Assembly (NCBI GenBank): GCA_964234715.1 | Contig: OZ174283.1 | Source of the DNA: Podarcis melisellensis | Taxonomy: Eukaryota | DNA: 64,000 bases | Direction: 5' to 3' (one strand) | In this document: positions 47,110 through 61,900 of the stretch, in pieces | How positions within the stretch are numbered: position 1 is the first letter of the stretch | How the letters are laid out: the number at the start of each line of letters is the position of its first letter | Made by a program: the position numbers and the translations under genes | Notes under the pieces: generated by a model | Told to the model about the DNA's origin: nothing | The model's input: only the letters and a program-made list of their open reading frames with translations | The model's database searches: none

Positions 47110-49677
47110 TATAAGCAGTAGAAGCCAGAAAGACTGCCTGACATTTCTCAATGGAGTGTTCTAAAGTTGCCCAATGTGTCAGTGTCTATCTGTGAAGGTA
47201 AGCTGATCTGGAACTGGCCAGTGCATGTCTCAGGACACCCTTGAAGCTGGCTGCGTAGTCATCAAAGAAAGAGTATGATACCAGTGTAACATAGGTAATG
47301 TCCTTTTTGTTACCACAACAAAAAGACTGATGCTCCCAAAGTGCTACCTTTGTGGTAAGGCCTCATATACAAGATTCTCCACTGATACAGTAAGAGTATG
47401 TTTAAAAATTGATTTGACAACTTTCAACTGTCTTTGCTGTCATTTGAGCACTGACATTTCAATAGGATAATATTGTGGAAAGACAAAAGGTAGTAAAGAA
47501 ATAAGCAGCCCCAGTAGCTGCTGTTAAAATTATTTTAAAATCATAGAAAATAAAAATTTTAACCTGGATAGTGTAATTCATTTCATGTTCCTGTAATCTA
47601 AGGTTGCCATGTTCATGGCTGGGGCAGCCCAGTCATATGGGTTGGGTACAAGTAATAATAATAATATTTTGATTTATAATACTTTGCATTCCTGTGTCAT
47701 AACACTGGAATAATTTTTCAGCACTTCCCCCAAAATGCATTAATATAATAAATATATTGCTTAAGAGTCATTTAAAAGCTTCATATGATACAACCATAAA
47801 TTTTGAGTTTTCATTTCTAATTATTTACATTGAAACTGTGGAAGTAACTGTACAGTACAGAAAAGCCTTTTGCTTTTATATAGTCACTAGGAAAACAATT
47901 CTCCAACAAGCTGTAAAATGATATGATTCTAAGCAGTACAGCTACAATCCTACTTTGTCAAAAGGTGAGGTTATATTATGTTTTACTTCCTGGGGAAAAT
48001 ATGAGTAAGCAGAAAAGCAATGTCATCCCCTTTCATCTAACACTTTAAAGTTTAAATGAAGTTATTTTAGAGACCAGCAGAAAAGTAACCTTATTCAGCT
48101 CTAGAAAGCAGTCTGGAACATAAATTTATAATAAAATAGCTTTGCCATTTTTATTTCCTTTTTCTTTTTGGCCATGCTGGTATCTTAACAGTGCTTTCTT
48201 AAGACTAACCCTTATTTAGAAATAAAATAAATGTGTTTTATAAAGAAGTGTGGGCCCCCCACAGACTTGTTTCTAGCAGCTTGTTGCAAAAAAACCCAAA
48301 CCCCACAAAACCTTTTTTCTAACTGCCGGTAAGAAACTAATTCTCATATGAGATGGAATGTTCTGTCCAATCCTGTTTCACAGTAGCTTTGAGTGCTTGA
48401 CTGTACCAGAAAAGAAGGGTATTATTTGATTGTTCATTGTTACCAGCAGAAGGCTTTCAATTGTCTTTAAATAATAATTGTCACAAAACCTTCTATAGCG
48501 TAGTTTCCATTTCGCTTTGATCAGTGTGTATGTAGTGTGTAACATCTGTAATAGTCAATCTTGCAGCCCAATCCTGTGCATGTTTGTTAAACCCCATGAA
48601 GTTCTACAATACTTTCAGATAAGCAGGTATAGCATTGTGGACCTTGATCTCTTGTGTGTTGTGGTCATGGATGTAAAATGATTTCCAGATAGACAAATAG
48701 AATAATGGCAGTCTTATTCTCATTGTGTGTCATTTGAATCGTTCTCGAATAATATTTCTGACACCTTTAAAGAACCAGATTGCAGCAAATGGCTTGGTTT
48801 AAATTCTTATTTTGATATGCACATGCAAATAATCTTGATGCAAAAGTAAAGAATAGGTGGACGGAACAAATAAATTCTTATAGTCTATGGATTACTTACT
48901 GTTATGGTTCAATTTGTTGCATCATATAATGTTTACACTCCCCCCCTAAATATTTATAGTTACATTTTATCAAATAACATTTTTCCATTCCTACATGTTT
49001 ATTCTGCCTTCAGAAAATACAGGGGGAAATGCAAAGAACTTGCTTTTAAAGTATGTGAATATATAAGTAGATTTATTTGTTGATGTGGGACCGCTTTCAT
49101 ATAAAATTTTGAGACACTTGTACATCCTTCCCATGAAGACAGATAAAATCTCATAAATTCTTCAATCAAAACTGAGCAAAGGTTAAAGTCTACGAAAATA
49201 GACAATATTTATGAAAGCCCATAAACAACTTAAAAAACCTTGAGCAACATAAAAATCGCCAGAGCCAATATATAACAGGGTTGGAATTTTCTGGAATAAC
49301 ATTAATTTCTAAGCATTTTGAAAATCTGAATAAAAGTTATTTAAATTCATTAAAGTGACCCATGGAGGCAAAGGGGGTGAAGGAGATAAATGTACATTTT
49401 TATGGGTTCTGCAGTGCTTTGTGGTACTCTGGTACACATACACAAGCAATTGTCCTTTACAGCTTTGCTATAAAGCTGTTGTTTGATTAAGAGGCGTATA
49501 TACCATCTCTTCATTCTCAAGTGTACTTCAAGCTATTCACATTTTCACTGCCGTAATTGTATTGAAATTAATGGTGTTACACAGGGACAACGAAACAAAA
49601 CAAAAAGAAGGAGATATGCAGTGGTGGTCTAGATCCTAAAACGGTATGAAATTGTCTGGCTTTCAACTGCTATTTTT

Positions 49678-49678
49678 C

Positions 49679-49719
<41 letters not shown>
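49678..49719. repeat. (TTA)n microsatellite
   Basis: Direct inspection. Confidence 0.97.
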
Positions 49720-49724
<5 letters not shown>

Positions 49725-51273
49725 GTGCCGTTTTGATTTTCCTCTCCCAAGTGTGAATTCACATGGCTCTTTGCCTGTAAAATGGTTTGTTTCAGCTGGT
49801 CCAACAGAGGTCACATTACCTGCCGTAACCTCCTTGCTTCCTGCTCTGGGCTTTTGCCACATGCGGTTTATAGCATCATAGGTAAAGCAATTGTAACAAA
49901 GATACTGCAACACAGATGTGTTACGATACGTAGCTTATATTAAAGCAATAGGAAATAATATGACAGATTTCTCATTAGTAAAATGTAATAATGGCTTACA
50001 TAAAAATGAGACAGCCTATTAATATTTTCCTTAGATTCACATTTAAAAGAAAAATATTGCTATGACTGTAAGTATCCTTATGATGCATGCAAAGAAATTC
50101 ATTATGCTAAAATGATCTGGCATGCCGAAACTAGCCCGAGCTATATGAAATTTTAAAGATATTGCTGAATACCCATTCTTTAATTTTAGTAAAATAATGA
50201 AAAACATATTTTACTTTAGCTTACAACGCATGTACATGCTAATTGATATGAAACATCTTTTTTTACATATCTATTGCAGCATCTTTCGTGGTATTAAAAA
50301 CCATTTCTCTTTTTTTATATTTAACTTACTTGCAAAACCAATTTGAACATTTCTGTTGCCTACCCATTCACCTACATTTCTGTGACCTGTTTGTTAAAGT
50401 TGGAATTTTTGGAGATTTAAACATTCCTTCCAGCAGGTTACAGCATATTTAAAGTAAATAAAATAGGCATGTTGTCTTTTATGTTAATATAATAGCAAAG
50501 GGATATATCTGGGATAAAGAGCAAAAAAAAGCATGGCATTGGGTAACAGAAAAAAGACAATTACTTTAGGGAATGTAGATCATGCCTCACTTTTACTAGG
50601 ATAAAATAATTGTATTGTAATACTATAAAATAATAGATCCCTACATTGTCCACCAGGAAGAACGGGATGCCCACCAAATACATGATGGAGATACAAGAGG
50701 CAACAGTCCAACACATTTGACACAATTCTTTGTTGCGTTTGTAGATGCTCTCTTCCCATCTGACAGTCTTTCTTTTCTTACAGAAGCAGAGTTTGAAAAC
50801 AATTACAGTCACAGTCACAGTACTTGTGCCTCTAGGTTGTTGTTGATATGTCACATCCCCTCTGTATTCATAAATGGTCATTTATTTATTAAAATTAATT
50901 AATATATAATAAGAAACTGCTACAGTTGGGAACAACTTCAAACTGGAGACATGTTTAAAGCAATCTGGAGTGGTTTTGAACCAGATGACATTTCCTTTAA
51001 ATCATTGCCCACTTGGTGCTTGTGAGAATTGAAAAAAATGCTTTCACTTTTGCCATTTTGAACGCCTCATTTGTTATTTAATATTTTGTTCTTTGCACTT
51101 CCTATAGAAGTTTTCCTGCATGCACAGACTTTTTGGTGCATACACAAAATAGATATTATTTGTGTAATGTTTAGCCCTATTCTATACATGTTTTGTAGGA
51201 AATAAGTTTAATTGAGTTCTGTGTTCTCTTCAAATTAAGTGTGAATAGGATTGCGGTCTAAGATAATTTAAAG

Positions 51274-51436
51274 CAGTGCTTTTTTTCTAAAAAAATGTTT
51301 AGGGGTACTCTCATTTTGACTCAAGAAAAACACCATTTTATAGTTCAAATCAGGAAAAATAAATACAGTAAATGGACAAAAGTACAAAGATTCACAAAAT
51401 GTTTAAGGGTATGCGTACCCCCAGAAAAAAGCACTG
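51274..51436. mobile_element. Short hAT-superfamily MITE
   Basis: TIRs CAGTGCTTTTTT / AAAAAAGCACTG; perfect 8-bp TSD ATTTAAAG. Confidence 0.88.
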
Positions 51437-54400
51437 ATTTAAAGTATGAGTAGAAGTAAAAGTATTTTTGCATGAACAAATTAGAGAGACAGAAAGACAG
51501 ACAGACAGACATAAATATTTAAATGTTCTTATGGAGACCAAGGCTATCAAATACACCTCATCTGCAAGAAAATGAGGCCAGCTATATTTCTATTTATGTA
51601 GAAGTCCCAGGTGACACAAGAGTAGCACCACCTATTTTTTTTGCAAATCAGATGTTACAGGGCTGGCATGCCCCTTCCTGCAGATTCTTCCTTGCTCAGT
51701 TGAACCACTGAGTGAGGTTTTCACATCCTGTTAAAATACATTTATTCCTAACAAGCACACTGCTTGATTGGCACATGCATCTCCACAGTTTCCCATAGTC
51801 TAGGAATACTGAAGAAAATTATTTCTGCATTCATATGTTCGACCTTTTAAACAAACCCACATACCAACAGAACGCAAGCACTTTGTCCCATAATAACTTC
51901 TTAGTTTGTATAATACCAATATGCTCCGGCTGAAGACAATATTAATATTAATGAAAAAATGGAAGTCTGAGATTTAGTGACTCTTCTTCCCTCCCTGCAC
52001 CACCCTTATATTAAATCCATTAGCTGAGTTGAATGCACATTAATAAATAAAAAAAGAAAGTAACTCCCTATTCAGAAACCGATTAACCTGATCTTTGCTA
52101 TACTTACGCCTTCATGTGACCACTATGATGTCTGAAGTTGACCTGTGTGCTGATGTTATCTCAGATGTAACCACTGAGGATTCTTCTTTTTCTCATATGG
52201 AATGTTTGTGATTAAAATTGCTCTGCTTTCGATGGAAAGTGTTATAAATGGATCATAAATGGTACAGCTGTGCCAAGCTTTTTTGTGAATATGATGTTTA
52301 CTAATAGGACTCATTGAAAGGCTCCCAAGTATAAATATATATGAAATAATTTGGCAGAGTCATTAGGGAAATGATTCAGTTTATTGCTTTGTCTTTAAAA
52401 TTGGTACTGTGCAATTTATAAAAGCAATATTGACTCAGAACTCAACCGGTTCCTGGACGAACAGTGGAAAAAATATTTGTAATTATTAAGGGGGAAAATA
52501 ATCCCTGTAGATTAATTTTTTTCTACAGAATTAATAATCTCATGTTCAGGGCTGTACCTTTGGACTCTTAAAATATAACTTGAGATTAAATATTTTAAAC
52601 CCTTGGAGCCATATAGGTCTACTATGACTAGTTTGTTTTTTTTATTTGACAGGTACAAAACTAAGTCCACTTTTCTGTTTGAGTGTTGGGTGTGCATGTA
52701 AAAACTGAAAGTGTATGATCACAAAATGGAAACAGCTACCGGAGTTGCCAATTTTCAACATTCATAGGGATAATAACCTTGTTCCAACCATACTAAAGGG
52801 TAATAACCAGCAACATCAGTTTTCTAGGTCTAGAAAAATATACAAACATAGGTTCCTATATTGGAACTTTCAGTTGTTATGATTAATGGGAGAAAAGTGC
52901 AATGCATATGAGAATAAAACCTATGAATGTCATAAAGTTAAATGTAGGAACAAAGCCACTACAAGCAGAGTCCACTGATAACTAGATCAAACTCAAGTTC
53001 CTTTGTTGTCTTCTGAATAATGGTTACTTCTACACATCCCAGTTGTGTGTATTGTGTACATATATGCAGGATAGCGGCACGTGCATTTTGTGCAGCTTCT
53101 CAAGTTAACTCTCTTCAAATTAGTATTTAGTATTATATATTGATACATTTTCCCAAAACGCTTTCAGACTCTGGAAAGAGAATTCTTTGTTTTCAGGTCC
53201 TACTTGTTTCTTCAGACAGGTTAAGAATGGTTGAGTGGCAAAAAAAAATGTTTTCCCACTACTGTATTTTCTAAATGTCAAACCACTTGCTACAAGTAGG
53301 TGTGTGTAAACATCACCCTGATTTAGAATAAAATCAGAAAAGCCACCACTAGCAGCAAAAGTTTCAGTAGGCTGAGGTTTGGGGCAGAGGATAGCAGCGG
53401 AGAGGAGGTGCTTAATCATTTCCCTGTTGTCTGGTTTTTTTCATTGAATATACCCTTTCTTGAATTGCACTTTCTCCCCCAGGGTTCTGAAAAGCAATTT
53501 TTAGTACACACAAAAAAGACCATGAGGGAAAGGGTGCATCCGTTTCCCAGCCTTCTGAAGAGTAGCCTCCTGAGGTTAAAAGCAAGCAACAAACAAACAA
53601 CCAACAGGGAAGTGTTAGAAACCTGTGCATATAATGTCAAGTTGAGTCTTGGATTTATCAGCAGTTGTCTCTAACCTAGACTGAATAGAATAATCAGTAG
53701 AGACCTATGTCTTAAAATACCTTTACTGGTGCGTAGAAGGCATGGTCCAGCCAAAGTGAAGCATTTTAAAGTCCCCTTACTTTTACTAGGAGAGTTAAGT
53801 GTGAGCTGAATTCTCTATGGTTGAAATTAAAGGTGCTTAAAATGTAGTTGGATCATACTCCATTTCTGTAACCCAGTTTTATGTTACCTATACAGTATTT
53901 GTATTACAGTAATAAAAAAAGGTTATTACACCAATAACAATTCAGCTAGTATTTTGTTTGAGACATAGCTTGCAATAATTTTGTTTTGGCCAGGAGTTAG
54001 TCCATCTATAACACTTGATCCAATCTCTGGGTACTAAAATTAAGATCCAGAGTACACAGAGAAACAAGGAAATGGTGATCGCTGTACGTCCCTTTACTGC
54101 CACCAGAATGTTTGCTGGATCAGACCAAAGGTCAGTTTAGTCAGTCATTCTGTCGAACATCTGTTTGAGCCAAACGTTCTAGGTGCAACTCCACTCAATA
54201 CACGATGGTGATATTCAACCCCTTTTGCAGATACGGCTAGCAAGGTTGCATTGAACACGGTCAAGCTTGTTTATGAGTAATCGTGCATTGGACTGTTCTG
54301 TGTGCAAAACCAATCCTCTGTGTATTTGTCAAGTCATTTTAAAAAAGCCGCTGATCCTAGTTTACTTGCTGTATTATCAACTCTCTGTCATATATAATAT

Positions 54401-54517
54401 ATCTCAAAAATATTGGTCATAGTGCAAAATGTTGTATGTATACATTATGATAGTTCTGATAATCCAAACTATTTCAACATCATTCTATGCACACATTAAA
54501 TATTATGGAACTTAGTG

Positions 54518-54591
54518 GCAGTCCTATACACATTCACTTGGGAATAAGTCCCATTGAACTCAGTGAAGCTTACTTCTGAGTAAACATGTAT
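54518..54591. repeat. Short imperfect-palindromic interspersed repeat (old MITE-like)
   Basis: CCTATACAC...TAAGTCCCATTGAACTCAGTGAAGCTTACTTCTGAGTAAACATGTAT; related copies near 41312-41380 and 59831-59905. Confidence 0.55.
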
Positions 54592-56766
54592 CAGCTTCCA
54601 CAGTAAGCTGTTTAACATCTTTATTTCTTGTACTTGACAGCGTGCCCATCTTAATAACATTCAGCATGAAATACAGTCACCAAGCTGTATGGACATATCA
54701 AAGCTATAGCTTCAGTTTATACACCATTATTCATATGTCTGGCATATGTGCGGAAAGCCCTGTCCCTTATTTCCTGAGCAGAATCACTTCACAAAGCATC
54801 ATTCGATGCATATGAACTGAAAAGTTTTGTGCAACCTAGAGAGAGAATTAATGGAAGCATTTCTGTATGAGCTCAGCCTGATTGCTTAAACTAGTGCTAC
54901 AAAAGGGGCAACAAAGAAGGAATAAATACAATCATAATCAGTTTTGTCCTCATCTTGCACAGGAGCCTCATTTCCAGAGATAAATTAAAGATAATCCCAC
55001 CGCTTGACTCTGCATCTTTTTGCCTAATACAGTACTTCTGCTAATAAGAATCCCCAGTTAAAAAGTTAAAATATAATTATGAATGAAAGAGCAGAGAATT
55101 GTTATTATACATGTTAATCAGTGAGAACAGAGCTCTTGACTCTCTTACTTTGAACAGAGATCTCCCACTGTTTATGCAGAGCCTCCTATCTCCTCTTGAA
55201 GAAAGCCTTTGCCTTCGAGAAAGTGACTTGCTCTCTGTGCCTGCAGCAGTCCCTTCTGCCTTCTGTCAGTAACACCAAGGGAGAGAGGCCCCTTCATATA
55301 ACTTTGGGGAAACTCTGTCTCTTGAAGCTTATTCCTTGCTGTTAAGGACTCATTAGCTATTATAGTACAATTAGGACAATACTTATGTCTGAGCATTTAA
55401 TGGTAATTGACTAGCTAATAATTTGTATTAATGGAAAAAGGACAGAGTGTCTGCTTTGATAGCAGAATAGTTTCTGTTAATCCAGAACATTTATTGCATT
55501 TTTTTTCTCACTGCCACCTTCTTCTTGCCTTCAGTTCTTTGAGTGTTTTGGTTTCGATAGCACATCTTGCTGTATAGCAGTAAGATCCTTCCATGGGGGA
55601 ATATGGCTCCTTACTTAGTGCCCAGAAAATTGCTTGGAATATTTGATGGGATGCCTCAGAGCTGTCCAGGAAGATAAACTACCACCCTGATAAACATGCA
55701 TGACTTCTGCTATCAAGGATGTTTAATAATTTCTAAACCTAATTCTTCACTAACCATAACACGTTGTGCTTTTACTATTTTAAGTAAAATGCTCTGCCCT
55801 TTTTATCATGTCTAACCCCCAGCAAGCCCCCCACCCCACTATGATCCCAATGATTTATTGTACATTACAAATTTAACATTTTAAAGGGAACCACAAAATA
55901 TTATATTAATGTTTCCCTTTTTATTTTGGGATGAGCAGCAAACTCTGGTAAACTATTGGGGAGATCTGATAAAATATCATTGGTTGGCTAACTACACTTG
56001 GCTTTTTTATGTTTGTTTCTTGATGTAATTGTTTCTGATATATAAATATTCTGTTTTTCTGTGCAATTAGGGCACATTTTCCAAACAAAACATATCTGGA
56101 CATTTTAAACTCTGATTAATTTACTTATTTCCATAAACTTTAAGGGCTATGAAGGATAACACTGGCCAAGATCCAGCCTAAATTAAATACTTTGAAGTGT
56201 CATCAATGTATGCTTACATTTCTCAAATTGTGATTCTGGAACTTCAAAGTATTTGGCTTTGACTGGGTTGCATGCATTAATAAGGAGAAATTTAATAAAT
56301 CTTTTTCTTCTTCTACAATGTAAATAATAGTTTCCACCTACTTACCCAAAAAACAACCAGCTAAAGTAGCATAGCTTCTACTACAGAAATTATGTTCATC
56401 TGTGCTCTTTTACTATGTCATTTTAAACGCTAGCTTAAAGTAAACAGGATATGGGTGTGTGTGTGTTATTTTTGCATGGTTTTTTGCAATAAAATGTGTC
56501 CATTATTTATTGCCATGGATTACATTATTTAGCAAAGATGTATCACGAGTATGGGATGATGTGATTTCCTTGTTTGACTGTGAGCAGTACGCATCATTTC
56601 AAGTATATTTACCAAAAAAGTTGCATTGACCACATGCATGTAATCTGTTTACAGTAAGAATCAGAAGGGTAAAAACAAATGCTATGTGTATCATATGAAA
56701 AATATAGCCTTGTGTTTATTTTGCTGTAAGAAAGCTAACCTGGATAACTGTTGAAAATTAATAAAA

Positions 56767-56850
56767 AGTGGGGAGGGAAACTATACAGAAGATGGTTGAA
56801 GTACCCTTAGTGGGGAGGGAAACTATACAGAAGATGGTTGAAGTACCCTT
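56767..56850. repeat. Perfect 42-bp tandem duplication
   Basis: AGTGGGGAGGGAAACTATACAGAAGATGGTTGAAGTACCCTT x2. Confidence 0.95.
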
Positions 56851-56990
56851 GTATTGTACATTGGAAATGAAACATGGGCATAGCCTATGTGCACAAGGAC
56901 GCCATGTCCTGTCTTCTCTCTCTTATAGCACTTAATGCAGCAGCAGCTGTAAGGCTGTACAGCAAAAAGCAGCCTACTATTTCTTGTGAC

Positions 56991-57353
56991 GGGACACAGG
57001 TGGCGCTGTGGGTTAAAGCCTCAGCGCCTAGGACTTGCTGATCGAAAGGTCGGCGGTTCGAATCCCTGCTGCGGGGTGCGCTCCCGCTGCTCGGTCCCAG
57101 CGCCTGCCAACCTAGCAGTTCGAAAGCACCTCCGGGTGCAAGTAGATAAATAGGGACCGCTTACCAGCGGGAAGGTAAACGGCGTTTCCGTGTGCAGCTC
57201 TGGCTCGCCAGAGCAGCGATGTCACACTGGCCACGTGACCCGGAAGTGTCTCCGGACAGCGCTGGCCCCTGGCCTCTTAAGTGAGATGGGCGCACAACCC
57301 CAGAGTCTGTCAAGACTGGCCCGTACGGGCAGGGGTACCTTTACCTTTACCTT
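56991..57353 (+). mobile_element. Sauria SINE (distinct, CpG-rich subfamily)
   Basis: Head GGGACACAGGTGGCGCTGTGG; (ACCTTT)3 tail; TSD TATTTCTTGTGA. Confidence 0.93.
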
Positions 57354-57844
57354 TATTTCTTGTGAAGGTGCAGAAATGTTTCCCTGCAGTCATAGAAATT
57401 CTGTGACATAGTGATTCCCTTCAGTTTTATATTAGTGGATTTGCCCCCCATTGATACAAAGTCTCAGTTCAGTCTAGGAGGAAAATCTAAACAAAATTAA
57501 ACCTAATAATAAATTGTTGCCAAATTTGTGGTGAGAAGGACCTTCATGATTGTTTCACTGTGTTTTAAAAATATTCCTTTTTCATTTCACTTTCTGTCAA
57601 ACCATTCCTGTGGGTGGGTGGGTGGGTGGGTGGTGGGTGTAGGTGTGCACTGTTTTAACTGAATTCTGCAGCATAAGCAATTTACACCTCATTCCTATAA
57701 GACTTTGGTTGGCGTAACTGCCTCTCATTCTCTCGCATGTCATTGTAATGCCAACTGCATTGGTGCTGCATCTGCATAACTGGACTAGGTTACTTGAAAA
57801 AAATATTTGCCTCCACTATTGAGTTAGGGCATTAAGATCAGCAG

Positions 57845-57975
57845 ATAGAAACAAACTTTTTCACTGGTGGCACCAGTATTATGGACTGCCCTCCCTGCTA
57901 AAATTTGAGAGGCCCATCAGTATTGGTGTTTTGCTGATTCTTGAAAACACACCTGTTTTCAAGCATTTCCCTAAA
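57845..57975 (+). mobile_element. L2-like 3' terminal remnant
   Basis: GGTGGCACCAGTATTATGGACTGCCCTCCC...TTGAAAACACACCTGTTT resembles the AP-LWN-LP...LKTHLF end of L2 ORF2. Confidence 0.5.
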
Positions 57976-58264
57976 TTTGAACTTCCTGTTCTAATTAATT
58001 GTTCTTTTAACTTTTAATTATTATGCTTTTCAACAGGCTTGTTTTATTGTAAATATTAACCTTGAGAAGAGTTAGGCTTGGATGATAATTATTTTATTGT
58101 GTATGTATTTCAAGTACATACTGATTTTGTAATTTATATTATTCTAAACTGCTTAGAATAATTCCATCCAAGACTCTTCACTACAACCCTGAGTCAGGCT
58201 TCTACTTGGTGCTTAGGCAGCCTCTGCAACCCTTTCGGTATTTGTGCACCTGTGTCATGTTTAG

Positions 58265-58370
58265 AAGGAGCAGGTAGCAGGTGAAAGACCTCTGCTTGAG
58301 ACCATGGAGAGCTGCTGCTAATCAGAGCAGGTAATGGGCTAGATAGGCATACTCAGGTATAAGGCAGCTT
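58265..58370 (+). mobile_element. Degraded Squam3-like SINE, 3' half
   Basis: AAAGACCTCTGCTTGAGACCATGGAGAGCTGCTGC...TATAAGGCAGCTT. Confidence 0.55.
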
Positions 58371-58649
58371 TTTCTGTATTGTATTGATATGTATAATTAT
58401 CTTCCTGGTGTCCAAAATAATATTTCTTCAAAACATTTTTTTTAAGATTGAAAGGCAAAGAGACATGAAACTGCAGTTTATGACAGTGATTACACATACA
58501 TGCCCACAATCTAAAGATTGTGAATATTAAACATAAGTTTATTTTGGATTATTGGTTCCCAGTCCAAACTGAATGGAAGCTTGTTTCTTCTTGAATGGCC
58601 ATCTGGTTCCTGATTCCGTGTTTTAGAGAAACATAAAAAACTGCAAGGT

Positions 58650-58991
58650 AGACCTGGGTGGCACTGTGGGTTAAACCAATCTTCTGCCGATCAGAACGTC
58701 AATGGTTCGTATCCCCGCGACGGGGTGAGCTCCCGTTGCTCTGTCCCAGCTCCTGCCAACCTAGCAGTTCGAAAGCACATCAAAGTGCAAGTAGATAAAT
58801 AGGTACCGTTCCGGTGGAAAGGTAAACTGCGTTTCTGTGCACTGCTCTGGTTTGCCAGAAGTGGCTTAATCATGCTGGCCACATGACCCGGAAGCTGTAC
58901 GCCGGCTCCCTCAGCCAGTAAAGTGAGATGAGCACCGCAATTCCAGAGTCGGCCATGACTGGACCTAATGGTCAGGGGTCCCTTTACCTTT
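58650..58991 (+). mobile_element. Sauria SINE
   Basis: Same body and GGGGTCCCTTTACCTTT tail; small deletion in the head. Confidence 0.9.
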
Positions 58992-61900
58992 AAAGTCTGT
59001 AAATGAAAGGGTGGGATAAAGGTGCATGGCAACCAGTTAGAGATCTCCCCTAAGAAAGGCTGTTGCTGACAAAGCCTGGAGATACCAGTAAAAATCAGGG
59101 CTTCTTCCACCCAGCTTCTGGGCATTTCAGTTCATTACAGTAAGAAGAAGAGAACAGAAGCACACACGATACAGAATGCGGCTCAGAGTTCCCAACAGAA
59201 GCAGCAGTGGTAGCAGTTTCCATTGGAAGTTGCAGTAAGCAATATCAAGAGAAGAAAGTGGGAGGAAATTATGACCTCAAACCAGGCTTCAACCCAGGCA
59301 AGCCAACTCCTAGGGGCAGAGGTGTTTTCGGACCCCTCAGTATTGGCTGGCAGGGGGCTGGGCCCCCTCAATGTTGAGGAGGCCAAGCGGAGAGCCGGGC
59401 ACAACGTGGTTCAGTGGCTGGTTGCTCCTGAGTGCAAGAGACAAAGCCACCCTGCAACGGACTCTGCACTCGGCCTCCTCCTAGTGATGCCGCATTGCAT
59501 GCCAGGAACATGACATCACACATGCGCAATGTGCGCTAGGCCCACTCAATCTTAGGTGCAAGATGGTGCCTCTTCTTGAATCTATATGGGGTGTGCAGGG
59601 GAAAGCGAGGATCAGTCAATGTATGTTATATGGAAACACTTCTCCAGTGCCCTCTCCTTTTTACCAGGGGGAAAGAGTGATGAGGGAGCAAGGATAAGGG
59701 ATTTGACCTGTTCTATAAACAATTTGAGTATACACAATGTTAGATAAATTATAAAGGATCACATTTTGAACAGCAGAATTGCATGTGATGTGAAGCATTA
59801 TTATTTTAAAAAAGAGATGAGGCTTCAGTGCTCTATGCATTATCTGGGCGTAAGTCCCATCAAAATCAGTGGGATTTACTAGTGAAAAAAACATGCATAG
59901 GATTCCACTCCACGGCTTCTAATAAGTATTGGCACTTACAGCTAGCTTTTAAAAACAAAACAAAACACTGCAGTTCATTTACATTTTCTTTTAAAAGTTT
60001 GGCAGTGAGTAACAGAGGTACAAGTTCTCTGGGCATCTGATAACCTAGAGAAAAATGCTGTAGGAAAAAGAATGGGATTTTATTTATTATCACTGTATCT
60101 AAGGCTATTTGAGGTCTCTTGTCCACTCACAACCATAATTATATCTCATACAGAGCCAATTGTTTCTCTGGAAGAATAATTACAACAGTGAATAATGGGT
60201 TAATATAAAACATAAAGTAGAGTGTTTAGTGGAGGAATTTGAGAACAGATAAGAAATATAGCATCCAACATATTCTTCCATAATTGTACAGTCCTCCAGA
60301 GATAATGGATATCATTATCAACGGCGCCTGCCCTAGGAAACTTGGCAAGGTTATGATTGTTTGTTACAGCTTTGGTTATATTAACATACACATTAATATT
60401 TATAAATATTTGATGTCATGTTAATTTTTCATATAAGATGATTTATGTAATGTTGCTGTGCTCTGTTAGAGGGCATTTACTATAGGCTTCAAAAGGGAAC
60501 TGGATTGATGCATGTTCTTTAAGGGGACTTGACTGTATATTACTGTACATACACACGATGAATCATTCCAGGGGAAAGTGATTCAAAAATAAATTATCTG
60601 AATTGTAGAAAAGCTCCATTAACATTTTAAATAAAACATAATGAAAAAGACCATACTAAAGTATTTCATATGTCTTATTAAATAGCAGGCATTTCTTGTC
60701 AACGACTGAAAGTTTTTATCTGAATAATGTATTCCAAATATTTTATTCCCCTTTTATTTTTTTCCTTTGGTCCACATCCTAAATTAAATTATGATCAAGT
60801 GTGGCTAATTCATATTATGGTGTGATACATAAGTATAAATAGCATATCACCTATTGTTTGAAGTGAATTACTTTCCTCTTTGTATTTTACAAGCAGAATA
60901 ATGTTCACCTCTGTATGTCTCCATGAACCTAAAATGTAGGACTAGAATTGTGATTATTCATAAAACACTTGATGAGTTCAGGTAGTACTACTAGATGAAG
61001 GCTTTCATACAAATATGTGTAGATATTTTAGTTGTCCCATCCCTAACACTCAGGATGGTATCAATTTCCAAAGGATGCTAGAGGTTGGAAGAGATCTGTT
61101 GCTTCAGCAATGAAGCAACTTTGACTGGAAGCTCTTACAGGAATTGGAGAAACTACTAGCTCAGAGTTAGGCTAGGTAAAAAGAGGGTGTTACTCATACT
61201 CATTTCGACTGAACAATTTGTGCATATGTGCTCAGCAGCCAGTCCTGAGCCATGTATCGCCTTGCATAAATCTCTGATTTGCAAATTGCCCACTAATGCA
61301 ATACCAGCATACATGCTGCTTGCTGTCTTACTTGGCCACCCTTAATCAGTGTTGGCTACAGTTCCTAATGGATGGGGGGCATCCTTGGAATTATGCTGAG
61401 TCAAAGATTGTTACTGCCCCTCTTCCCCATTTGCAGAAGCCATTAACGTCCTCTGACAATTGGGTCCATCCTCAGTGCTGGAACATAAAGGATGTATCAT
61501 CCAGTCAGGCCCTGACAATGACAGTGTGGCTGGGTACAAACCCACTCACTCACATCTTCTAATAACCAAAAGCCAACTGGAACGACAATGCAGCATGGGG
61601 GAGAGAGGAGAATGGTGTGCCACCACAGCAAATACTTGAGGACGCCAGCCAGGTTCTACTTATTAGAAGAGGTGAGTGACTGTAGAAAGACACACTTGCT
61701 GCATCCGTGGGATTGCTGACAAATGAAACCAGCTGGGGATTATGAAACTGGAGAGTCACTGAGCATGTCAGCATCAGAGCAGGGTGTTATTTGCTCCCCC
61801 AACCAACCAACCTGCCACTCAGGGCACAAGCCCCCTCTCCCGCCTCCTTCAGAAACTAGCCTAACCAGCACAATATACACAGCTAGATGTAAAATCCTCC

